Shown here piece by piece: positions 1 through 12,930 of a DNA stretch of 64,000 bases (positions within the stretch are counted from its first letter, which is position 1; each line of letters opens with the position of its first letter). The notes under the pieces were generated by a model. It searched no databases. It saw only the letters and a list, made by a program, of their open reading frames with translations, and was not told where the DNA came from. Origin of the DNA: Eledone cirrhosa (Eukaryota); NCBI GenBank assembly GCA_964016885.1, contig OZ024755.1, positions 16,988,001-17,052,000 of the forward strand, given 5' to 3'. A program made the translations under genes and the position numbers.

Positions 1-17
1 GGCTTGAAGCTCATAAG
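1..17 (+). CDS. SYNE1: Nesprin-1-like spectrin-repeat gene, 3' end of an exon (..LEAHK)
   Basis: CTT GAA GCT CAT AAG|GTAATT donor; same ..HK| phase-0 ending as other exons; in frame with next exon. Confidence 0.7.
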
Positions 18-1074
18 GTAATTATGTATGTTTTATCCTTTATTTTAGAATTGATATGAAGAGATCAAGTATCAGTCTAGTACTGGAGTCGATTCTTCTT
101 CTATATCTCTTGCTCACTTCCATTCCTTCACTTTCTAACCTTCTCTCAAAGAAATCTGCTGTATTCAGCCCTGGAGAAGATATAGGCTCTGCCAGGTTTA
201 AAACAATGCCTTAGAAACACTATATGTCAATACGGCACCCCTATGACTCCCTCAAGAATTATGGAGCCATGCATGCATGTATGAAGAGATTTTGGATACA
301 TTGTGTTGTTATTTTAGCTGTATTAATTTCAATTAATATTTATAAGTATTTTAATTGATAATTTTTAATGTATTAATATATATATCTAACCTATTAGATT
401 CTCATTTGCTATGCAAATCATTGAAAGGATGTTGTTTCATGGTCCTCATAGACAAAATGGCAAATGTTTTTCAAAGCACAGCCTATAACCTTAAAATAAT
501 GTAGCCAGGAGTATATTATGCTTGGAACTAACATAAGGGAGGTTGTCCTGCCTTTGGTATAATTGAGAGTCCTATTGATCCTATGTTTGGCAAGTTATTT
601 ATGGCTAGATGCCCTTTCTAAAGCTAACCCCTTTACAGAGTGTGCTGGGTGTATTTTATTGTGGCACCATTAGGAAGGCTGTCAGTAATTTGACTGAAGA
701 ACCCTCTCTTCTTTATGGTTGATGATAATGATGGTGATGCATGCATCTTAATGACTGTGAGACACTCTTTATAGCAAGTGGTAATATTTGTTTATGTTTT
801 GCATAAAACAGTGTCTTACAGCTTATGGTATAACTGAGGAGAGTGTTATACACCATACTTACTATAAATCAGATATGTGTTAGCGCCAGAAAGGGCATCT
901 AATCATAGAACAAAATACCTCAAACATATCTCATCCAGTCCATGTTGGCATGGAAAAATCCATTGTACAAACAATGATGATAGTGAGGATCATGATGATG
1001 ATGATAATGATGAATATCACTGACGCTGTTGTTTTAGATAAAATAATAAAAGATTTGATTCAATCTTTTCTCAG

Positions 1075-1224
1075 GAACATTTCTCACAAACAGAAAACCA
1101 AAAATCTGTACTGGAAAGCAAAGGAAAATTACTACACAAGATGGCTTCTCATAAGAGTAAATTAAAAGTTGTTGACTTTGAACCTCCACAACAATTGTTA
1201 CAGACAACTGCTGTCAGATTTCAG
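1075..1224 (+). CDS. SYNE1: Nesprin-1-like exon (EHFSQTENQK...TAVRFQ, 50 aa)
   Basis: ttttctcag acceptor, CAG|GTTTGA donor, 150 nt open, phase 0-0. Confidence 0.85.
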
Positions 1225-1454
1225 GTTTGATTGATTTTATTGTTGTAGTTATTGTTAAAGAGTTTAGAAAACCAAAACAAAACAAACTAAATCTATTATA
1301 ATATCAGTTTAGCTGATTTATAGTATTTTCACCTTACCTCACGTTTCTTTAAGTAATAAAAATTGTTTATGTGAGTGTGTGTGTATATATATATATATAT
1401 ATAAAAATATATATATTTATATTTATGTGAGTATGCACACACACACACGCATAT

Positions 1455-1511
<57 letters not shown>

Positions 1512-1947
1512 TACATACATACAGAGAGAGAGAGAGAGAGGTAAAAACCTGACTGCAACACCAAGCATTTTAACCTTGTATTTAGTTCAACGAAACTGCT
1601 AGTTCTCGTGATCAGGTTTTTACCTTCCTCTATACCTACTCTGCTTCTTCCCATGCAAATCTCTCTCTCTCTACCCCCCCACCCCACACACGATATAAAG
1701 CTTTTAGCTTTTGTTTACAAACAGCAGAGAATTTGAAATTAGTTAGTGAATGGTAGCCAGAGGTGTAGGTTCATGTCCCATGTCCATCAATGCTCATTCA
1801 TTTTCCCATTCTGTGGGTTTTTATAACTTCAATTAGTCAAATTAATAATTTATTTAGTCAAAAATACAACGGAGGCACTATTCCACTATCTAATTTATAT
1901 ATTCCTGGCAATCTTATAACAATATGACCCTCCTCACCTTACTCGTT

Positions 1948-1983
<36 letters not shown>

Positions 1984-1985
<2 letters not shown>

Positions 1986-2174
1986 AACGAGTAAGACCCC
2001 GACGGCTGAGCTCAAGCCGTTTCGACAGCTAATTCTGGACTAGAATTAGCCGTTGAAACGGCTTGAGCTCAGCCGTCGGGGTCTTACTCGTTCCTATTAC
2101 CCACTCTACTACCCTAAGTATTGAGTACTTTGGTGCGTTATGGTCCACCTGGTTCCTTACCACATTTCCTTTGT
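1984..2174. mobile_element. Hairpin element family A, copy 1
   Basis: ~50-bp inverted arms + ~80-bp tail, in (TA)n; four copies in window. Confidence 0.7.
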
Positions 2175-2747
2175 TATATATATATATAGCGTGGTGTTTA
2201 AAAATAATTGATATCATTTGAGATGTAAATATCCCAGAAACTACAAAGTCTAGGACAAAGAAACTGAGCAGGTTTAATATTAACCCTTTAGCATTCACAT
2301 TATTTTATATATATACTATTATATTTTCATACTAAAGGCTTTACTTCACATAATTATCTCACATAATATCGAATCTATGAGATTTTGAAAGTATTTATTT
2401 TGAGAACAATACCTTAACATCAGTTTGAGCGACCAGTTACAGCCAGTTTCAACAGAAAGAGGTAGAGAATTCTGACCGGTTTTGGCCGGTTTGAACATTA
2501 AAGGGTTAAGCGACATAAGATTTGTTCCTCAAAATTTCTCAACATTATAACACTAATTCGCAATATATATTTTAATGTGATAACCTTGGGTACAGGCCAT
2601 TGATATAAATCTTTTTGAGGCCATTTATATAAATCTTTTTGAAACAACCCTGTATTTTTAAAGATCTCTTAATACACTGAATACATTCCTTATGTCTGTC
2701 CTTTGAAATGTTTCTATAAAATATTTCATTTATTTGTGTTATTTCAG

Positions 2748-2915
2748 ACATTGAGTACGTCAGCAAGTGAGAATGAAAAGAAACTTGAAGAAGCTTTTCA
2801 TTTATGGCAGTTATATTGTCAGCGATATCAACAAATGGATGATTGGATTGAACAAGCTCGAGAAGTCCTTGGAGATTCAGACGACGATATTCCTGATCTT
2901 ATTAGAAAACAAAAG
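2748..2915 (+). CDS. SYNE1: Nesprin-1-like exon (TLSTSASE...AFHLWQLY..DWIEQA..LIRKQK, 56 aa)
   Basis: atttcag acceptor, AAG|GT donor; spectrin-repeat Trp pattern; phase 0-0. Confidence 0.9.
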
Positions 2916-3575
2916 GTTTTAGTTATTCTTAGTTTTATTCTTTTAATTCATCATATTTTAACTTCCAATAACTTTGACGTCAAAGATCTGGACTATTGAC
3001 CATGTCATCACATCACAAGTTTTAGTATTACTACTGTTATTTATTGCTTTGTGTTTCTAGCAATGTATCTTGTCCATAGTCAATTATTCAGCATTTACTG
3101 AATGCAAAAATGGTTGTTTTCAAGCCACAAAAAAGACTGACAATGAAAGTAAAAAAAATATGCATGAGACTAACACTTAAAAATTGCAAATAAATATTGT
3201 CCGCATCCTGTAATTACTCATGTAGTTTTGATGAGCATTTAGTTGTTTGATCAACTGAATGTTTGGTTTGTATATTTACATTTAAGTGGCTGAGTATTCA
3301 ACAGATGAGTGAATGTATCCCTTAACATAATTCTCAGACAGAATCAGTGTGACACAAAATGTGACAAGGCTGGCTCTTTGAATTATATATACAGTCAATC
3401 TGATGGACTTCCACACAGTTTCTGACTACCCAATTTCACTCCTAAGATTTAGGTCAGCCTGAGGTTATGGCAAAGACACTTGATTACGATGTTACACAAT
3501 AGGATTGAACTCGTACCTTATGATTGCAAAGGGAGCTTTTTAACCACTATCTTGCTTATTTCCATATATTCTATA

Positions 3576-3836
3576 TATGACGGTGGGCTGAAAAGTTCGT
3601 AGGCTGACTATGACGGAGTGATATTAGAGCTGTGAGATCTTGCATGCATTAATTTCAACTCTTCTTATAAACAACTACATTGTTTCTTTCCAAGTAAGCT
3701 GACAGCTGACTGTTCAAAGAAGACTTCAAAAGTAACTAGTAGTGATTTTCCTGGGACTATGTTGAAAAATAAACTTCATTTAGTTATTCCATGAGAGTAT
3801 CTTGGTCAGCCTATGAACTTTTCAGCCAACCCTTGT
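3576..3836. mobile_element. Mariner-type MITE (second copy ~25939-26140)
   Basis: Imperfect TIRs GGCTGAAAAGTTCRTAGGCTGAC, TA flanks. Confidence 0.7.
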
Positions 3837-3905
3837 ATGTTTGCACCCCAATTTAAGTCAGTAATATTAACAAAGTTTGTTTTTTGGTTTACTTTTTCTT
3901 CACAG

Positions 3906-4043
3906 ACATTTTTTGAAGGAAATCCTGGTGAAGTTCTTTGGAAGGAATTCCATGAGTCTAGTGTTCAATTACTGCGACTTATACCTGGCTATGAAGCCCC
4001 ACAGATAAATGAGACGGTGAATAGGACCAAAAATAAACTAAAG
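3906..4043 (+). CDS. SYNE1: Nesprin-1-like exon (TFFEGNPG...TKNKLK, 46 aa)
   Basis: Polypyrimidine tract + cacag acceptor, AAG|GTAATT donor, 138 nt open. Confidence 0.9.
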
Positions 4044-4731
4044 GTAATTTATACCCACACTGTAAATATGGTTGGTGTTAGGAAGGGCATCCAGCTGTAA
4101 AATACGTGGCCAAATTTACAAAATCTCTCTCTTTCTCACCCCCCCCCCCCCTATCACTCTGTCACTCCTCCCCTCTTATTCACATATATATTGAACACTC
4201 ATATACATATTGTGATGTTTAAGACATTGAAATACATTGAATCTAATCCTATGGAGATTAGTTTCTCATTCAAGCTTATTCCATACTAAACACTGATCAG
4301 CCATTTTACACTAGATCTTTGTAGCACTGTTTCCACCCAAGTTTTCACTCACATCCTTAAAGTAACTGGATCTCTGTTAGTTTCAACAATGAGGGTTGCG
4401 TCTCTTCAATTGATTATACAACCTGCTTGTTAAGTTAATATATCAGTGCCTGAATATTCTACAGACACATGCATGCATGGTTCCATAACTCTGAAGGGAA
4501 TCATAGGTGTGCTGTACTGACATACAGCATTTCTAGGGCACTTCAGGACATACACCCTTAACATAATCCACAAGGTTCTAAATAACTTTTTAGTTATGTA
4601 AACTGTTTTCCTTTTTGTTTTCTCACTTTACTCTATTATTTTCCCTCATATATTACTAACTTGCATTGTACTGGCTTCCACAAAACAATCTTAACCACAT
4701 ATCTAATCTTGTTTCCATTTTTGTTTTGAAG

Positions 4732-4893
4732 GAGCTGGAGTATCAGATTCCTGCCAGACAAATGTTTCTAGACTTTCAGTATAAAAGATCTCATTTCCGT
4801 GATTCCATTAATGAAGCTAAAGCTATCATAGAACAGAACAAACGAAAGTCAGTTAGTGATGACCAAACAACAGAAGCTCTTCAGAAACACAAG
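4732..4893 (+). CDS. SYNE1: Nesprin-1-like exon (ELEYQIPARQ...EALQKHK, 54 aa)
   Basis: ttttgaag acceptor, AAG|GTGAAC donor, 162 nt open. Confidence 0.9.
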
Positions 4894-6391
4894 GTGAACA
4901 TTTCAGAATTATATCTATCTGACCAGTAGCTTGCTTGATCTGAGACTGTATAGGGAAACTAAAGCAATTACATCATGAAAGAGTCATTTTAAGCCATTTA
5001 AAACATACACACACAATTTATTAATGTCACATTTATGATGTATTTCTTGGTACCAAAATATTTGTCACACTGTTTGTGAATCTGACAATGATTTGGTCAC
5101 AAACTACAATGAAAATTTTGTCACCAAGAAATGTAAAAGAAAGTTAACAAATTTTATGTGATTTTGAATAGCTACAATGGCTCTTCCATGATGTTATGGC
5201 TAACAAGGTAAAGATGATGTTTTGCAAGAATGTGTGAGTATGTGTATGATTTTAAATGTATGTATATATGTATTTGCTAATAGGGCTTATTTAACCCTTT
5301 AGCATTTAAACTGACCGTATCAGGCCAGAATTCCCTCACCTCTTTCTGTTCAAACTGGCTGTAACTGGCGGCTCATACTGATGTTAAGGTATTGTTCTCA
5401 AAAGAAATATCATCAAAATCTCATAGATCCGATATTATGTGAGATAATTATGAGATAATTATGAGATAAAGCCTTTACTGTGAAAATATAACAGTATATA
5501 TATAGAGTAATGTAAATGTTAAAGGATTAAGTAATAAAAAAAACCCCAAATAATGCAACAAAAGGGAGGGAAAGAGCAAGGATTGTTAAGCAATGAAAGA
5601 GAAGAGGAGAGGGTGTCAGACTCCACACCTAAGAGTATGAAAATAAAGTATTGTTTTTCATTTTCTTGGAGCTTTATTGAATACTAAATTGGCTAGACAG
5701 AGGCATGACTGTGTTTAGGAAGTTTGCTTCACATCTACATCGATTTGATGTTTGGCCTCTATACAAGACACCTGGGGCAAGTATTTTCTACTATAGCCTT
5801 GTGTTGACCCATGAATATAGTAGACTGAATTTGTGTGGAAGTTTGTCATATATAAAGAGTTTGCTAAAATAAATGTATACCCACTTGAGGAAAAGAAAAA
5901 CTTGTATAAATATTTAATTTGTTTCAATTCTATAAATATAAATATCTCTTTCGAAAGTTTGATCAAATTACAATAACACTGTGTACTGTAGTAAATTAGT
6001 ATTAAAATATTTATAAAAATTTTTTTTTTCCTGAAGTGTGTATACATTTTATTGACCATCTGTGTGTGTGTGTGTGTCTAACTATATATATAGATGTGTG
6101 TGTGTGTGAGTGTGTGGTTGTGTATATATGTGTGTGTGTGTGTGGTTGTCTATATATATATGTGTATATATATATATATATTAGTGTGTGTGTGTTAATC
6201 TTACGACCATGTAATAAGTAGTCGACACATTAACCTCAAATTCTTTGTTCCCCATTTAAGTTGAAATAACAAATTAAATTTAAGTTTCTCATTTCCTTAT
6301 TTCTCCAAACTGAAACTAAATGGCACATGAATGGTACATCAATGTCTCCAATAATTATTTCTGAATGAGTTTCATTCTGTTTTTGTTTTAG

Positions 6392-6621
6392 AAATACTTT
6401 ACTGAATCATTCTACACTTCACATGAAGATCAGTTGGAAGAAATGCACCAAATATGTTTGAAGTTCTCATCTCTTGACAACCAGAACCAGAAACAGAAAC
6501 AAACTTTAACAACAGAATATGAAAAACTGCAGTCAGAATGGAAAGAATTGCGTATTGTTGCTGATACTTCTCATTTGGAATTAAAACAACTTCCAAAACG
6601 ATGGGAACAATATAATGTAAG
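6392..6621 (+). CDS. SYNE1: Nesprin-1-like exon (KYFTESFY...LPKRWEQYNV+2 nt)
   Basis: gttttag acceptor, AG|GTAAGA donor, phase 0-2; resembles (from memory) the nesprin-1 segment KELR..PDKWKDY. Confidence 0.9.
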
Positions 6622-8045
6622 GTAAGATATCGTCTTGTTTTTAGGATTTTAGGGTGTTATGGACCCTTTGAATCCCTCCACTTTACCATCAGTGAGGTTC
6701 TTAACCATGGGAGTCTGCAGAAAAATTACAGAAAACAAAAATATTTCTCAATGAAATTTGGAATATGATAATAAAATGTGTTGAATTTGTCTCAGAAATT
6801 TTGGCAGTGCCTTGCTAAAAGAACTCTGACTAAAGCAGTGACATAAGATTATTGCTGATTTGTGAAGAAAGTGAAGTAAATAACTGTATTAAACAGAAGT
6901 GTGTGTGTATGTAGGTGTGTGTATGTGTGCGTTTGTGTAGGTGTGTGTGTGTGGCAGAATAGAATACTAGGCTGCAGGATACAGTCAGACATGACTAGAT
7001 TTTGAATATCAGGCTGCCGGAGTTTAAAGCATTAAGAAGGTTTAATTGATTCCTATAAACTATGCGATCATTAGAGCAAATTTATTATTGATTATCATCA
7101 TTATCCTTTTTATCTCCATTTTTTCTTCATTTGTATGGGTTGGAGGGAATTAGAGGGTTTTTTATTTTCATTAGAATCAAGAAAATATAAACAACTAAAA
7201 TAGCTTGCTTCAATAAAATCTTTTTTTTTTACCATGAAAACAATTAATCAAGTTGAGCCTTTAAGCCATATAAGCCCCTAGAGATGTGCAAAATTTGACA
7301 TGTACTTTTTCTAACAGCAGAATTTGTACTCAGAGCTCAGAGTTTGGAACAAATATCATAAGGCATTCTACTCTACACTTAAATGATTCTACTATTTCAC
7401 TGCCTTGAAATGCCATTGGAAATGTTTTAACTTTTTCTGGCCATATATATCTTATCTTATCCATCATCCTTAGGCAAGACAGCAAGCACAACTTCATGCC
7501 AACAGCCTCTGTTTCCTATCAAATTTTGTAAGTTATCCTTATCAATTCCAATGCCTCTTGCTATGGTATCTTGACCATATTTCTAATGAAATACACTGCA
7601 TTTGAATTAATCAAGGAAGTATATGGAGGGGTTTCACTAAGATTATTATTTATTTCATTATGAAGATAGTGTAGAATGGCAGATTTACAACATCGATAGA
7701 GCATTGGACAACATTTAGTGGCATATAGTTATATGTCTTTACATTCTGAGTTCGAATTCCACTGAGGTAAGCATTGTCATTCATCCTTACGGGGTCGATA
7801 AAATAATATACCAGTAATGGACTGGGTTGATTTAATCGACTTTCCCCTCCCATTAATAACGTAACTTAATGAAAGGTTCTTATGTCAAATTAATTTAAAT
7901 AGAAATCCTTTAAAATTGTTGATTTTGTTTCATGGAACCAAGGACAGTTTCCAGTGATATCAACCCTTTTGATACCACCCTGCCCCATACTACCCCTGGT
8001 TCTATGAAACAAAACTACACATTCCGTCTTTGTCTTTTATCATAG

Positions 8046-8154
8046 GCTGGAGCTGTTCTCTAAGAATATTACCATATTGGAACTCCTTCTTATAGAAATG
8101 CAGAAGAAAAACCTGCCGGCCAATGAATATGAGAAAGTATATTCAGAGTTTCAG
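8046..8154 (+). CDS. SYNE1: Nesprin-1-like exon ((R)LELFSKNI...VYSEFQ)
   Basis: catag acceptor, CAG|GTTTGT donor; 109 nt, phase 2-0, completes the previous exon's split codon. Confidence 0.9.
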
Positions 8155-8181
8155 GTTTGTATTGAAATTACTAAATTCTCA

Positions 8182-11100
8182 TCACACCATCAATACCACA
8201 ACCAGCATCATAACCGTCAACACCACAACCATCATCATAATCATCAACACCACATCCAGCATCATAACCATCAACACCACAACCAGCATCATAACCGTCA
8301 ACACCACAACCAGCATCATAACCGTCAACACCACAACCAGCATCATAACCATCAACACCACAACCAGCATCATAACCATCAACACCACAACCAGCATCAT
8401 AACCATCAACACCACAACCAGCATCATAACCGTCAACACCACAACCAGCATCATAATCATCAACACCACAACCAGCATCATAACTGTCAACACCACAACC
8501 AGCATCATAACCGTCAACACCACAACCAGCATCATAACCATCAACACCACAACCAGCATCATAACCATCAACACCACAACCAGCATCATAACCATCAACA
8601 CCACAACCAGCATCATAACCGTCAACACCACAACCAGCATCATAATCATCAACACCACAACCAGCATCATAACCGTCAACACCACAACCAGCATCACAAC
8701 TGTCAACACCACAACCAGCATCATAACCATCAAAACCACAACCAGCATCATAACCGTCAACACCACAACCATCATCATAACCATCAACACCACAACCAGC
8801 ATCACAACCGTCAACACCACAACCAGCATCATAACCGTCAACACCACAACCAGCATCATAACCATCAACACCACAACCAGCATCATAACCATCAACACCA
8901 CAACCAGCATCATAACCGTCAACACCACAACCAGCATCATAACCATCAACACCACAACCAGCATCATAATCATCAACACCACAACCAGCATCATAACCGT
9001 CAACACCACAACCATCATCATAACCATCAACACCACAACCAGCATCACAACCGTCAACACCACAACCAGCATCATAACCGTCAACACCACAACCATCATC
9101 ATAACCGTCAACACCACAACCAGCATCATAATCATCAACACCACAACCAGCATCATAACCGTCAACACCACAACCAGCATCACAACCGTCAACACCACAA
9201 CCAGCATCATAATCATCAACACCACAACCAGCATCATAACCGTCAACACCACAACCATCATCATAACCATCAACACCACAACCAGCATCACAACCGTCAA
9301 CACCACAACCAGCATCATAACCGTCAACACCACAACCAGCATCATAATCGTCAACACCACAACCAGCATCACAACCGTCAACACCACAACCAGCATCATA
9401 ACCGTCAACACCACAACCAGCATGATAATCATCAACACCACAACCAGCATCATAACCATCAACACCACAACCAGCATCACAACTGTCAACACCACAACCA
9501 GCATCATAACCATCAACACCACAACCAGCATCATAATCATCAACACCACAACCAGCATCATAACCGTCAACACCACAACCAGCATCATAACCGTCAACAC
9601 CACAACCAGCATCATAATCATCAACACCACAACCAGCATCATAACCGTCAACACCACAACCATCATCATAACCATCAACACCACAACCAGCATCACAACC
9701 GTCAACACCACAACCAGCATCATAACCGTCAACACCACAACCAGCATCATAACCATCAACACCACAACCAGCATCATAACCGTCAACACCACAACCAGCA
9801 TCATAACCGTCAACACCACAACCAGCATCATAACCATCAACACCACAACCAGCATCATAACCATCAACACCACAACCAGCATCATAATCATCAACACCAC
9901 AACCAGCATCATAACCATCAACACCACAACCAGCATCACAACCGTCAACACCACAACCAGCATCACAACCGTCAACACCACAACCAGCATCATAACCGTG
10001 AACACCACAACCATCATCATAACCATCAACACCACAACCAGCATCACAACCGTCAACACCACAACCAGCATCATAACCGTCAACACCACAACCAGCATCA
10101 TAACCGTCAACACCACAACCAGCATCATAACCGTCAACACCACAACCAGCATCATAACCGTCAACACCACAACCAGCATCATAATCATCAACACCACAAC
10201 CAGCATCATAACCATCAACACCACAACCAGCATCATAATCATCAACACCACAACCAGCATCATAACCGTCAACACCACAACCAGCATCATAACCGTCAAC
10301 ACCACAACCAGCATCATAACCATCAACACCACAACCAGCATCATAACCGTCAACACCACAACCAGCATCATAATCATCAACACCACAACCAGCATCATAA
10401 CCGTCAACACCACAACCAGCATCACAACTGTCAACGCCACAACCAGCATCATAACCATCAACACCACAACCAGCATCATAATCATCAACACCACAACCAG
10501 CATCATAACCGTCAACACCACAACCAGCATCATAACCGTCAACACCACAACCAGCATCATAATCATCAACACCACAACCAGCATCATAACCATCAACACC
10601 ACAACCAGCATCATAACCGTCAACACCACAACCAGCATCATAACCATCAACACCACAACCAGCATCATAACCATCAACACCACAACCAGCATCATAATCA
10701 TCAACACCACAACCAGCATCATAACCGTCAACACCACAACCAGCATCATAACCATCAACACCACAACCAGCATCATAATCATCAACACCACAACCAGCAT
10801 CATAACCGTCAACACCACAACCAGCATCACAACTGTCAACACCACAACCAGCATCATAACCATCAAAACCACAACCAGCATCATAACCGTCAACACCACA
10901 ACCAGCATCATAACCGTCAACACCACAACCAGCATCATAATCATCAACACCACAACCAGCATCACAACCGTCAACACCACAACCAGCATCATAACCGTCA
11001 ACACCACAACCGGCATCATAATCATCAACACCACAACCAGCATCACAACCGTCAACACCACAACCAGCATCATAACCGTCAACACCACAACCAGCATCAT

Positions 11101-12500
11101 AACCGTCAACACCACAACCAGCATCACAACCGTCAACACCACAACCAGCATCATAACCGTCAACACCACAACCAGCATCATAACCATCAACACCACAACC
11201 AGCATCATAACCATCAACACCACAACCAGCATCATAATCATCAACACCACAACCAGCATCATAACCGTCAACACCACAACCAGCATCATAACCATCAACA
11301 CCACAACCAGCATCATAATCATCAACACCACAACCAGCATCATAACCGTCAACACCACAACCAGCATCACAACTGTCAACACCACAACCAGCATCATAAC
11401 CATCAAAACCACAACCAGCATCATAACCGTCAACACCACAACCAGCATCATAACCGTCAACACCACAACCAGCATCATAATCATCAACACCACAACCAGC
11501 ATCACAACCGTCAACACCACAACCAGCATCATAACCGTCAACACCACAACCGGCATCATAATCATCAACACCACAACCAGCATCACAACCGTCAACACCA
11601 CAACCAGCATCATAACCGTCAACACCACAACCAGCATCATAACCGTCAACACCACAACCAGCATCACAACCGTCAACACCACAACCAGCATCATAACCGT
11701 CAACACCACAACCATCATCATAACCGTCAACACCACAACCAGCATCATAACCATCAACACCACAACCAGCATCATAACCGTCAACACCACAACCAGCATC
11801 ACAACTGTCAACACCACAACCAGCATCATAATCATCAACACCACAACCAGCATCATAACCGTCAACACCACAACCAGCATCACAACTGTCAACACCACAA
11901 CCAGCATCATAACCGTCAACACCACAACCAGCATCACAACTGTCAACACCACAACCAGCATCATAACCATCAACACCACAACCAGCATCATAACCATCAA
12001 CACCACAACCATCATCATAACCATCAACACCACAACCAGCATCACAACCGTCAACACCACAACCAGCATCATAACCATCAACACCACAACCAGCATCATA
12101 ACCGTCAACACCACAACCAGCATCATAATCATCAACACCACAACCAGCATCATAACCATCAACACCACAACCAGCATCATAACCGTCAACACCACAACCA
12201 GCATCATAATCATCAACACCACAACCAGCATCATAACCATCAACACCACAACCAGCATCACAACTGTCAACACCACAACCAGCATCATAACCGTCAACAC
12301 CACAACCAGCATCACAACCGTCAACACCACAACCAGCATCATAACCGTCAACACCACAACCAGCATCATAATCATCAACACCACAACCAGCATCACAACC
12401 ATCAACACCACAACCAGCATCATAATCATTATCCCAATCATCATCTTCATCGCCATCATCATCAACATCATCATCACCACCATCTGCATCACCATCATTG
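8182..12500. repeat. 27-bp minisatellite CAACACCACAACCAGCATCATAACCRT, ~4.3 kb
   Basis: Direct tandem periodicity. Confidence 0.98.
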
Positions 12501-12609
12501 CTATAAAGTACCAGTAAAGCACAGGGGTGATTTAATTAATTTTCTCCCCCCAATTGTTGGCTCTGTGCCTAAATCAGTAACAATATTTATGTTAATTTTC
12601 ATTCTTTAG

Positions 12610-12930
12610 GTAATGCTGAAAGATATGAATAAATATGGTGAAGAATCAAATTGGCTCAGCCAGAATTTGAACACTCTTCTTCAAGATAGTGAAGATGGAA
12701 GTCTGCAGAAAGAATCCACTAACCTGAAAGTAATATTAGAGAAATTCAACAACTTAAAACCTGCAGTGGTTCAGATATCTTCCAAATCTTCAATATATTC
12801 CAAATGTTTCCAATTTCGAGATGACTTAGACCGTAAGTCTCACTGGCTTGAAGAAACTCATCGTACTATTGTGGAACAGCCATACGTTGATGGACTTGAA
12901 GATGCTCAAACAATGTTACAAGAACACAAG
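12610..12930 (+). CDS. SYNE1: Nesprin-1-like exon (VMLKDMNKYGEESNWL...AQTMLQEHK, 107 aa)
   Basis: ctttag acceptor, AAG|GTAAGT donor; resembles (from memory) nesprin-1 GETLSWL...CVQY...EAQQLLLHHQ. Confidence 0.92.

Noticed and set aside
8123-12522. 1464-aa T/I/N and 1446-aa V/M/L ORFs
   Set aside because: Alternative frames of a stop-free 27-bp minisatellite, with no link to exons
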